This document shows positions 34,490 through 43,622 of a stretch of 64,000 nucleotides of DNA, piece after piece. Origin of the DNA: Acidobacteriota bacterium (lineage in GTDB: Bacteria > Acidobacteriota > UBA6911 > RPQK01 > CBDBID01); NCBI GenBank assembly GCA_965205565.1, contig CBDBID010000043.1, positions 9,580-73,579 of the forward strand, read 5' to 3'. Within the stretch, counting starts at the first letter, position 1; every line of letters starts with the position of its first letter. The notes under the pieces are model-generated. The model had not been told where the DNA came from, did not search any database, and saw nothing but the letters and a program-made list of their open reading frames with translations. The position numbers were made by a program, and so were the translations under genes.

Positions 34490-35529
34490 ATGGCAGCAAG
34501 GACGGTCCGATGGGGTGTGCTCGGCTGCGCCCGCGTGGCCTGTAAGGCCATGATCCCCGGCATTCAAGGGTCCTGCAACGGACGGGTGGTCGCGCTGGGC
34601 AGCCGCAGCCTGGAAAAGGCGCGCGCGTTGGCGGCGGCTTTCAGCATCGATCGCCCTTACGGCAGCTATCTGCAGGTTCTGGAGGACCCCGAGGTGGATG
34701 CTGTCTACATCCCCTTGCCCAACGCCCTGCACAAGGAGTGGACCATCCGGGCCGCGGAGCATGGCAAACAGGCCCTTTGCGACAAGCCGCTGGCCGGGGA
34801 CGCCGGGGAGGCCGCCGAGATGATCGAGGCCTGTTCCCGAAACGGAGTCCGTTTGATGGAACTGTTTGCCAACCGGTTTCATCCCCAGAACCTGGAGATC
34901 CGGAAGTGTATCGAGGACGGTCAGATCGGCAAGGTCCTATGGATGACGGCCAGTCACTCCTCCGATTTCCCCCCGGCTGGAGATATTCGGCTGAGTCGCG
35001 AGCTGAAGGGCGGAGTCCTGATGGACAAGGGCTGCTACAATGTTAGCATGGCTCGTTTCCTGTTTGGAGCCGAGCCGGTGCGCGTCTACGCGCGCATGCA
35101 GATCGACCCCGAAGCCGGGGTGGATGTCTGGACGACGGCCACTCTCGAATTTGCCGGTGGAGGCAGTGCCCATCTGGATTGCAACTTTTCCCTGGCCTCG
35201 GGCGTCTACAGCCAGAGTTATCAGGTTTTCGGAGAGCGGGGACAGCTCTTCGCTCCCAAGGGCTATACCCAGATCGAGACCTATCGAGAGGGCACGCTGG
35301 AAGGCTCCAGCTATTACGTGAGCGACACCGCGGCGGTCAATCCGTCCTGGGAAGGTTCGACTGTGGAGGGGTGCACCAGTGGCGCCAGGCGGTGGAATTT
35401 TTCTCCGACGTCCTGCTCCAGGACCGCCCCCTCTCGTTTCCAGCCGAAAACGGCTTGGCCAACATGCGCGTCATCGACGCCATCTTCCGAAGCGCCCGCC
35501 TGGGACAACCGGTCTCGTTGCCCACCTGA
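34490..35529 (+). pseudogene. Gfo/Idh/MocA family oxidoreductase, C-terminal frameshift as sequenced
   Basis: Rossmann N-terminus VRWGVLGCARVA and CDKPLA. The family-like C-terminus HQWRQAVEFFSDVLLQDRPLSFPAENGLANMRVIDAIFRSARLGQPVSL is in the frame of ORF 35179-35529, not that of 34490. Confidence 0.8.
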
Positions 35530-35649
35530 GAACGAATAGAACCTCCAAGTAGAGGTCCTATCACCCTTCGACGGCGGCTTGGAAGGTTTCGAAGGTGGAG
35601 GTGTCGATGGGGTGTCGCTGGAAGTAGTTGTGGCTCAGGACCAGTTGCT

Positions 35650-37014
35650 GGCTGGCCCGGGGTAACTCTAAGCGGAAGTTACTTCAGGTAGAAGCGAGTT
35701 AACCCCTTGTAAATATTGGAGAGAGACGCAATCCAGAAGGGTCCTTACTGGGTACAAGTTTACAGTCGCACGCCCAACAGGTCGAGAGCGCGCTGTTGAA
35801 GCGGAGTGGGCAGGGTGGTTTTGTGGAAGGGCTGGACTCCGGGAATCTTGGGCTGAATGGTGTCGCGGGTAATGGTGCTCAGATCGGCCAGCAAGGTCTG
35901 GAAGCTGTGCACTGGAAAGCCATCCTCGGTCTTATGGGAGCGCGCCTTGCGCTCCGCCTTGGGGGAACGACGAGCCGGAGAGACCGGTGACTCACGCAGT
36001 TGGCGGGCGGTTTGCCGGTCGTCGTCGTCAAAGAGCAGAGGCGCCAGATCCTGGCGCATGTGCCACTCGACATAGTAGGCCAGCATGCAAACCAAGACGT
36101 GAGCCTTGACCCGCTCGGGGAGGCGATGGTAGATGGGGCGCACCTTCAGATCCACCGTCTTAGTGCAGCGGAAGGCCCGCTCCAGTAGCGAGAGAGCCTT
36201 GTAGTTATCGACCACTTGCTCGGCCTCCATCTCGCGCTCGGGGACGCTGGTGCGGATCACGTAGATGCCGTCCAGGGAAGCTTCCCGGTCGATGCTCTCT
36301 CCCTGGAGCTGGAATTGAAAGCTGTCTTTCGAGATGTGCAGTTGGAAGTGCTTGGCCATGCCCCAACGATGCAGCACCCGGCCCACCCGAAGGCCGATCT
36401 TATCTTGTCCCCGTAAGGGTCTCTTGGGGCGATCGACCGCCTCCACGATCCGCTCCAGTTGCTCTCGGGTGGCGGCCAGTGACTCCCGCCGTTTGCGGCT
36501 CCGTTCTTCCGCCAGCAGGGGATTACGGCACACGATCAAGCGCTCGCCTGGATAGTCCAGACTCCGGATCTGGGCCAAGTCTCGATCGTCAAAGAGCAAA
36601 AGCTGCAGATGGCCCTGATCCAGCAGTTTGCCGATCTGTGGCGCCCGCAACGCCGTGATCCAGGATGCGAGCCACCACCATGGCGGCTACCAGCTGGCGT
36701 TCCCCCGGCCAGGCTTGCGAGAAAGTAGGGCCAGCAGACCGAGTTGGCGCAGCGTGCCCCACATGGCCGTGCGGCAGCGAGCGCACCTTCTCGAAGGACT
36801 CGGCCAAGTTCTCTACCGCCGTCCCGCCTTTGAGCAGGGTGCGAAGCCCTTCCACCAGAGGTTCGGGCCAGGAGCTGAGATTGGCCAGGGTGCGCTTGAT
36901 GACCTTTTTGCCCTGCCGGGAGGACTGGCGCAACAGGGTTCTGTTCGGAATCTGGATGAACCCACTCTTGCGATCCTGGCCCAAATCGCGGCACGGGTTT
37001 CTTCGGTCCTCCAT
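35650..37014 (-). mobile_element. IS1634-family insertion sequence remnant (transposase with internal deletion; ends not defined)
   Basis: The N-terminal part is LLRQSSRQGKKVIKRTLANLSSWPEPLVEGLRTLLKGG...SLPHGHV...VAAMVVARILD. The C-terminal part is ITALRAPQIGKLLDQGHLQLLLFDDRDLAQIRSLDYPGERLIVCRNPLLAEER...YVIRTSVP...YKALSLLERAFRCTKTVDLKVRPIYH...VCMLAYYVEWHMR. The parts join out of frame at about 36658-36660 and the DDE core is missing. The lower boundary was estimated from an AT-richer stretch. Confidence 0.7.
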
Positions 37015-38171
37015 TAGTAGTTGGTATAGGAACCGTCGCGGCGATGGAAACGGGGAGCCTCGCATTGGACCGGGGGATAATCCTCGGCGGCGGACTCATT
37101 GAACTCGATCCCCAAGCCCGGATCCGGAGCCAGAGGGAAGTGGTTTCCCTCCAGCTTGGGCTGCTTCGGGAAGAGGTCCTCGGGGCCCTGCTGGGAGTGG
37201 AAATTGTATTCCATGGGGGCCACGTTGGGCAGACTCGCGCACAGATGCAGGGAGGCCGCCACGCACACCGTTCCCTGAGGGGTATGTGGCATCACGTCCG
37301 TGTAATGCGTTTCGGCCAGTGCGGCCACCTTTCGGGCGGCCGTCAGACCTCCGACGTTGCAAACATCCAGTCGAGCGTAGTTGCACAGTCCTTCCCGGAA
37401 AAAGGGAACGAAAGGGTAGATTCCGGAAAACTCCTTGCCGATGGCAAAGGGAATGTTAGTCATGGCGCGCAAGGAAGCGTAGGCCGCCGGGTTTTCCGAG
37501 CGGATGGGTTCCTCCAAGAACATGAGTCCCACATCTTCGACCCGCTCGCAAAAGGCGGCCGCCTCGGCCACGTTCAGGCGGTGATGATAATCCACGGCGA
37601 GGTTCACGCCAGGCCCCGTTCGGCGGCGAACCTCTTGCAATTGCTGGGCGCACCAGAGCAGCGATTCCCAGGGCTCGAATACCGAATCTCCTTGGGGGTC
37701 AAAATCTTGCTCCCCCGTTCCCGGTACGAAGCGGATAGTTCTCCATCCCTGTTGGACCAGTTGCTGGGCCTGATCGGCCCAAGTCTTCTCCTGTGCGGCG
37801 TCGGAATCGACGAAGCATTCCACTTGTTGCCGGCTGGCCCCACCCAGCAGTTGCCAAACGGGGACCTCGAGGTGCTTGCCCAGAATGTCCCACAGAGCGA
37901 TGTCGATGGCGGAGGCGGAAGCGGTGATGACGGTTCCGCCTTCGTAGTACTGGCGCCGATACAATTCCTGATGCAGGCTTTCGACGCGGCGAGGGTCGCG
38001 ACCGATCAGGAATTCACGAAAGTGGCCAATCGCTCCCTTCATGGCGCGCTCGCGGGTAGTGGTCCCGCCCTGACCGATACCGTGAATTCCCCGGTCGGTT
38101 TCGACCTTCACGATGAAGATGTTCTTGTTCTCCACCCCCAGGATGAAGCTCTTGATGTCGGTGATCTTCAT
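37014..38171 (-). CDS. enolase-superfamily acid-sugar dehydratase (mandelate racemase/galactonate-mannonate dehydratase-like)
   Basis: MKITDIKSFILG...FIVKVETDRGIHGIGQGG, AIDIALWDILGKHLEVPVWQLLGG, and the metal-ligand region AVDYHH...FLEEP. 385 aa. Confidence 0.85.
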   Translation of the reverse strand: MKITDIKSFILGVENKNIFIVKVETDRGIHGIGQGGTTTRERAMKGAIGHFREFLIGRDPRRVESLHQELYRRQYYEGGTVITASASAIDIALWDILGKHLEVPVWQLLGGASRQQVECFVDSDAAQEKTWADQAQQLVQQGWRTIRFVPGTGEQDFDPQGDSVFEPWESLLWCAQQLQEVRRRTGPGVNLAVDYHHRLNVAEAAAFCERVEDVGLMFLEEPIRSENPAAYASLRAMTNIPFAIGKEFSGIYPFVPFFREGLCNYARLDVCNVGGLTAARKVAALAETHYTDVMPHTPQGTVCVAASLHLCASLPNVAPMEYNFHSQQGPEDLFPKQPKLEGNHFPLAPDPGLGIEFNESAAEDYPPVQCEAPRFHRRDGSYTNY

Positions 38172-38362
38172 GTTCTTCGTTGGATGTGGTGTCCTCGTTT
38201 ACCTGGCCGCTTTGCGGAGTGCCCGCCCCGCCCCCTGGTCGCGGTTCTGTCTGAGGCTCAGCCGATCCACCTTTGGCGACGCCGTCAGATGCCGGCGCCA
38301 CGTGGGCAGGATGCCCCTGCCACAGCTACTTTTCCCGATTTCCACTGCCCCCCACTTTCGGT

Positions 38363-39766
38363 TTAGGCCGGTATCGTCATTCCCTCGAGGAGCTTGGGGG
38401 TGATCTCGCGGCCCAGCAGGAAGTGCTTGCGGTCCGGGTACCACAGGATCTGCTTGCCGCCGGCGTAGGTCATCGTTCCGTAAAAGGAGAGCCAGGTACG
38501 TCCCCCCACGAGTCCTCCGTTGCCGGGACCCACGGCCACGTTGTTGGTATCGCAAAACAGCCGGGCCGGGCTGAACCAGAGGGGTTGGCGGGCTCTCGGA
38601 CGGAATTCCGCCAGCGAGTAGAACATGGGTCGTCGGGCGGCCATGTCTCCTGCTCCCTTGGCCCCGTATCCAGTACCGTCGTGGTTTTGAAAAAAGAGGA
38701 TGTAGCGCCCGTCCAGCAACTGGTAGAGGGGCGCGGTGTTCTTGGGATGAAGCATGGCCTCCCCTCCGTCCCGGTAGCGCAAGACCTGGGCGGGTCTCCA
38801 GACTCGTGCCTCGGTATCTTGGGAGACGGTGTGCCAGAGCTGTCCGGTGATGGTACGCATCACGGCGAAGAGGCGCCCGTCGGGCAGCAGCACGACGGCG
38901 GGTTCCTGGGCCAGGCTGTACCCACGAGAGCGGTGCGGTTCAAAGGGACACGGCACGGAAATGGAGTTTCCGTCGGGCAGCCAGGTCAATTGAAGGTCTC
39001 GCGGGTGAGGTCCGTCGTCCAGGTTTTCGAAACGCAGGAACTCGGAACGAGAGTCCGAATAATAGCCTTTGGGCCCACTGGCCGGCGCGAACTGGGAGGG
39101 GCTGCTCCAACGGGTCACCCCGACCAGGTAACGTCCCCCGGCGTCCCGGATGGCCGGTTGCCAGATGATAATGTTCTTGGGGATCTTTGGGTCCGCATGA
39201 TCGTACTTCGCACGGGTGCGAACCGTCAGGTCGGCTCCCTCCTTCCAGTTGATTCCGTCGTCGTCTGAATAGATGCAGCGCAACAGGCCGGTGACCGAGT
39301 AGCCCGCGTCGATGACCCCGGTGTGCTTGTTGAACAAGAGATAGATGCGCCCGGAACGGCTCACCACCGGCAGGGCCCAGGCTGCCGTGAATCCGGGACC
39401 GTCGGTGGGACCGGCGACCATCTCGGGTTGGGACCAGGTCACCCCTCCGTCTCGGCTGCGCGAAGCCACGGTTCGATAGTCGCGTGACATCTCGTAAGCA
39501 CCCTGACTCCAAAAGGCCAGCAGATCGCCCTTGGGGGTCTCTACGACCTGCAGGTGTTCGTTGTCGCCGTCATCGCCGAGCGGCTTGGGCGGCAAATACA
39601 GAACGCAATCTGGTTGGGTACGGTTCCATTCATCCGTATAGCAGATGGGGCTCTGCGCTTCGGAGTCTCCGGTTTTCGATTTACCGTTGAGTTGGCCCGT
39701 AGCCTTCATCAGTCCTCCCACAAAGGGAACCGAGGCCAGGGATTGCAGCAGTTTTCTTCGATTCAT
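38363..39766 (-). CDS. BNR/sialidase-like beta-propeller protein with a Tat-type signal
   Basis: MNRRKLLQSLASVPFVGGLMKATG (twin-arginine-like) and BNR motifs SRDGGVTWS and SDDDGINWK. The ORF opens at 39910; I chose ATG 39766. Confidence 0.75.
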   Translation of the reverse strand: MNRRKLLQSLASVPFVGGLMKATGQLNGKSKTGDSEAQSPICYTDEWNRTQPDCVLYLPPKPLGDDGDNEHLQVVETPKGDLLAFWSQGAYEMSRDYRTVASRSRDGGVTWSQPEMVAGPTDGPGFTAAWALPVVSRSGRIYLLFNKHTGVIDAGYSVTGLLRCIYSDDDGINWKEGADLTVRTRAKYDHADPKIPKNIIIWQPAIRDAGGRYLVGVTRWSSPSQFAPASGPKGYYSDSRSEFLRFENLDDGPHPRDLQLTWLPDGNSISVPCPFEPHRSRGYSLAQEPAVVLLPDGRLFAVMRTITGQLWHTVSQDTEARVWRPAQVLRYRDGGEAMLHPKNTAPLYQLLDGRYILFFQNHDGTGYGAKGAGDMAARRPMFYSLAEFRPRARQPLWFSPARLFCDTNNVAVGPGNGGLVGGRTWLSFYGTMTYAGGKQILWYPDRKHFLLGREITPKLLEGMTIPA

Positions 39767-39908
39767 AAGGCAGTGATTCCTCCCTACCAAATGTAACGAA
39801 CGGTGGGTTTGGGGGAAAGGGGTTTTTAATGGCTCCGTGAAAAAGGCTCTTTTGGGTAACATGACCGGGGAGAGGTTGCGTGCGCCTTTTCCGGGAGGAG
39901 GATCTATC

Positions 39909-40973
39909 ATGCGAGAGTCCAGGAACCGCGAGGATCTGATGAAGTGGGTTGGACGTATCGAACAGGTAGCCGGGGTGCGGCGCTTTCGCTATACGGAGGG
40001 GAAAGCGAAGTCGGTAGAGGGTATCGATGTCCGGACCGGTGGAGGATTGGAGTTTACGGTCCTTCCGGACCGGGCTCTGGATATTTTCGATTGCCAATTT
40101 GAGTCCAAGTCGCTGTGCTGGCAGTCCTCAACCGGAGTGGTGGGACCCGCCTACTACGAGCGGCAAGGGGTCCAGTGGCTGCGAGGATTCGCGGGAGGCC
40201 TGCTGGTGACCTGTGGGCTCCGCAACGTGGGCAGCCCTTCGGAGAATGGTGAGCACTTCGGTCTGCACGGCGAAATTTCCCACACCCCCGCCACCGGGGT
40301 GCGAGCCGTCGGACAGTGGGAGAAAGATCGCTACCGGATGGAGATCTCCGGGACGGTTCGCGAGACGGCGGCCTTTGGGTCCAACCTCGTCCTGGAGCGC
40401 AGCCTCCGGACTGAGCTGGGAGCGACTTATCTGGAGGTGGAGGACCGGGTGACCAACGAGGGAGCCCGCCGGGAGGGCTTCATGCAACTGTACCATTTTA
40501 ACTTTGGGCATCCCTTCCTGGGTCCGAATACACGAGTCTATCTGGCCGCCGAGCAGACTACTCCGCGAGACGCAGAGGACCCCCGTGGCACGGTGAATTG
40601 GAATCGATTCGGGCCACCCGAGGAGGGATTTCGGGAACAGGTCTTCTTGCATCGGGTGTCGCCCGACGACCGGGGTATGGTGAAGGTCTTGCTGGTCTCG
40701 GATGACGAGACCAGAGACTGGGGAGTCTGTCTAAGGTATCGAGTCGACGATTTGCCCTGGCTCATGCAATGGAAGCAGCAGGGGGAAGGGGAATACGTGC
40801 TGGGCATCGAACCGGCCAACTGTACCATTTACGGGCGACGCCACGATGCAGAAAAAGGGTTGTTGCGCTACCTGAGTCCGGGGGAAAGCTCTGAGTCGAG
40901 GCTCTTGCTCGAAGTATTGCCCGGTACCCGGATCGTCGAGGCGGCGATCCAGGAGATTCGTGAGTTGGGATGA
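39909..40973 (+). CDS. DUF4432 / aldose-1-epimerase-like protein
   Basis: GIDVRTGGGLEFTVLPDRALDIFDCQF..., LVTCGLRNVGSPSENGEHFGLHGEISHTPA, LGIEPANC. Typical of DUF4432 (galactose-mutarotase-like fold). Confidence 0.7.
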   Translation: MRESRNREDLMKWVGRIEQVAGVRRFRYTEGKAKSVEGIDVRTGGGLEFTVLPDRALDIFDCQFESKSLCWQSSTGVVGPAYYERQGVQWLRGFAGGLLVTCGLRNVGSPSENGEHFGLHGEISHTPATGVRAVGQWEKDRYRMEISGTVRETAAFGSNLVLERSLRTELGATYLEVEDRVTNEGARREGFMQLYHFNFGHPFLGPNTRVYLAAEQTTPRDAEDPRGTVNWNRFGPPEEGFREQVFLHRVSPDDRGMVKVLLVSDDETRDWGVCLRYRVDDLPWLMQWKQQGEGEYVLGIEPANCTIYGRRHDAEKGLLRYLSPGESSESRLLLEVLPGTRIVEAAIQEIRELG

Positions 40974-41091
40974 TGGGTTGCCGATTGACCAGGATCTCCG
41001 TCGGTCCCAGCTGGGCGCTGACCTCCTCCAGAAGCCGCTCCATGGAGGATCGATCCCCCACGTCGGACGCCAGCCGCACGGAAGCCTCGGG

Positions 41092-42201
41092 TTAGGCGAT
41101 CTTGAGGCGGATCCATCGAATTCCTGTGATGCAGTCTTCCTGGCACCAGAAAAGGATCAGCACCTGGTCGTCGGAAATCTGCTGGAAATTGGGATAGCCG
41201 AACTTGAGTCCGCTCAGTTCGTCGGCACTTTTGCCGGCGCCAATCATCCCTGATTCGGCCCCCTCCCACAGGGGTTGATGTCCCAGATGGACCAGCCGAT
41301 TGCCCTGAAGTTGGGAAAGAGTTCCCCAGAGTCCTGGTTGATCGTCGCGGCGGTAGACGAACAGGAGCCGTTGGTCCCGCAATTGGATGACCTTGCAGGT
41401 TTGTCCTAGAAAGCCCGTCTCCATGGGGGCCGAGAAAGTTTCGCCGCGATCGGGACTCAACGAGTACTGGCTGGACCGGCTCCGACCCGCCCTCGGATCG
41501 TAAACCCAGGCAACCGCGATCAACCGACCGTCTTGCAGGGGAGCCACCGATTGCTCCCAGTGGATGAGACCGGTCGCTCGTCCATCGAAGGTGCGTCCGT
41601 AGCGGGGCCAGCTTTCTCCTTGATCATCGCTGATAAAAACCACCGCCTGGTCGCCAGAGGGGTGATCCCCATCCCAGCCTCGCCAGGTGGAAAGAGGGAT
41701 CAGCCAACGGCCGTCCTGTAGCTCCACCACGGAATGGCAGATCTCCCAAGACGGTCCGATCAAAGGAGGCTCGAATTCCACGGGTTGGGTCCAGGAGCGC
41801 CCCTCACCCTGAGAGCGCATAAGGAAAAGCTCCATGGGTACGTAGCCCAGGGTCTCCCGATTGATAACCCCCTGATCGGGGTCGACCCGATGAGAGAAGC
41901 ATCCGAAACCCACCAACGAGCCGTCCTGCAGGCGGCTGATCCGCACGGTGTGGGTGGTCTGGGGTGGCAGGTTCGAGATTATAGGACCCTCCACCGCCCA
42001 GGTCTCACCGGCGTCCATGGAGCGGGCCCGCACCGAATGGTAATCCAGCGACTCGACAGCCTGGCCCAGATCGAAAGTGGACAGGAATTCGGTTTCACTC
42101 AGCTGCACCAGTGAAGGATGGTAGGCGACCTGACTTCGCAAATTGGGATGGGGGTTGCGATAGGCGATCGCCGTGGCTTCGACCGTTATTGAATTCTCCA
42201 T
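41092..42201 (-). CDS. BNR/sialidase-like beta-propeller protein with no signal peptide
   Basis: BNR-type repeats SMDAGETWA, SQGEGRSWT, SDDQGESWP, SPDRGETFS. Start chosen at MENSITVEAT (ATG 42201); the ORF opens at 42492. Confidence 0.7.
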   Translation of the reverse strand: MENSITVEATAIAYRNPHPNLRSQVAYHPSLVQLSETEFLSTFDLGQAVESLDYHSVRARSMDAGETWAVEGPIISNLPPQTTHTVRISRLQDGSLVGFGCFSHRVDPDQGVINRETLGYVPMELFLMRSQGEGRSWTQPVEFEPPLIGPSWEICHSVVELQDGRWLIPLSTWRGWDGDHPSGDQAVVFISDDQGESWPRYGRTFDGRATGLIHWEQSVAPLQDGRLIAVAWVYDPRAGRSRSSQYSLSPDRGETFSAPMETGFLGQTCKVIQLRDQRLLFVYRRDDQPGLWGTLSQLQGNRLVHLGHQPLWEGAESGMIGAGKSADELSGLKFGYPNFQQISDDQVLILFWCQEDCITGIRWIRLKIA

Positions 42202-42359
42202 CAAGAGCACCTCACTCAAAGATCGGGGCCGATTGTAGGGCAAACGGACGGACTCGGAAAGGTGTCGGGACCGAAAAGATCCCTGCATCGCCCCGTAACC
42301 CTGGTCCGCGGTGTCTCCGTCAGGGCATCCTGCAGGCTGGAAGCAGGGACGAGAACAGC

Positions 42360-43539
42360 ATGAAAAACACGGCCTTACTGATCGTGGCATTCTGTCTGGC
42401 CAGCCCACCTCTCCGCTTCTACCCGGCCCGGAACCAACTGGTAGTCGAGACCCCAACCCGGATCGCCGTCCAGAAGTGCGAACGCATCCCACTCGATTAT
42501 CCGGATATGGCTGGCCGAGCGGAAGTTTGCATGGGAACCACCAGCAACGCGGACATCTATGCGTTGGTAGTGGCTCCTCGGGGAAGTGGGGACGAGCGCA
42601 AAGCCTCCCAAAGATTGTTCCGGTCGGAGGATGGAGGGCGCACCTGGAAGGGTTATTTCGTGGAACTCTCCCGGGGAATGGGCGTGGCTTTTACCGTGCT
42701 CGCCGATGACACCATGGTGATCGCTGCGGCTGGCAAGCTCGACACGGGCGAGCAGGCCATCCTTTTCTACAGTTCCAAGGATCTGTGTTTGAGTTGGGAA
42801 GTGGCGGGGACCATTCGCGCTCACCCCTTCTCGCGCATCGGGGAAGGCTTCCTGTCGCTGACGCAATTGCAGGATGGTACCGTCCTTTTCCCCGTCTGTC
42901 GCTGGACTCCAGGTCCGGGGTCTCGCCTGGAATGGACGGCCTTTCATCACAGCGTCTTTCGTTCCAGCGATGGCGACTAGAACTGGATATCCGGTGCGCC
43001 GACTTTCGAAGGGGTTTTCGAAGCCCACCTTGTGGAGAGGGAAGCCGGACACCTGCTGGGGGCATTCCGTTTCAGCGGGGGGTATCGGGATTGGCACCAG
43101 CTCAAAGCCCCGCTTTGGGGAGCCGCGGCCGAGCCCGATGGGGTGGGTCGGATTTTCAAGCAGGTCATCCTGGGGAGGTCCGAGGATGGTGGCGTTACCT
43201 GGCATAACTTCCAGCCGGTGGTTGACCGGGGGGGGGAGACCCCTGCTGATTTTCGGAGAAACCCACGGTCAGCTGGTAAGACTTGAAGGCGGCAAGGTGG
43301 TTCTGGTGTCCGACCACCGCTACCCTTACAAAAAAGCTGAGACAGTGGCCCGGGTCAGCGAGGACGGCGGGCGAATCTGGTCAGGCAACAAATATCATCT
43401 CAGCCTGGGTGCCGGTTATCCGGCCAGCGTAGCCTTGCCGGAGGGCACGGTGGTTACGGTGGTCGGCAGCACTCGGATGGACAGCCGCGGAGCCGCTCGA
43501 GGAACCCCTTCGGTCCAGGCAATCCGATGGAAGCCGTAA
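42360..43539 (+). pseudogene. BNR/sialidase-like exported protein with an in-frame TAG and a frameshift at a G9 run
   Basis: Signal MKNTALLIVAFCLA and BNR SEDGGRTWK. The frame runs SSDGD-TAG(42978)-NW... to SEDGGVTWHNFQPVVDRGG. After G9 (43228-43236) the sequence LLIFGETHGQLVRL...SEDGGRIWS...VQAIRWKP continues in the frame of ORF 42874-43539. Confidence 0.7.
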
Positions 43540-43622
43540 TACGACTGCGCTTGTCAGAGTGAGAGGCAGGGCGAGGTGTGGTCAGGGATTCGCTGGCCAC
43601 GGATCGAGGCGAGGACGGACGG

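Noticed and set aside
35561-35670. Short minus-strand frame ...LELPRASQQLVLSHNYFQRHPIDTSTFETFQAAVEG-stop just outside the IS remnant. It might be an orphaned 3' gene fragment cut by the insertion.
   Set aside because: It is under 40 codons, I recognise no family, and it cannot be distinguished from chance without a database search. It is mentioned only as a lead.
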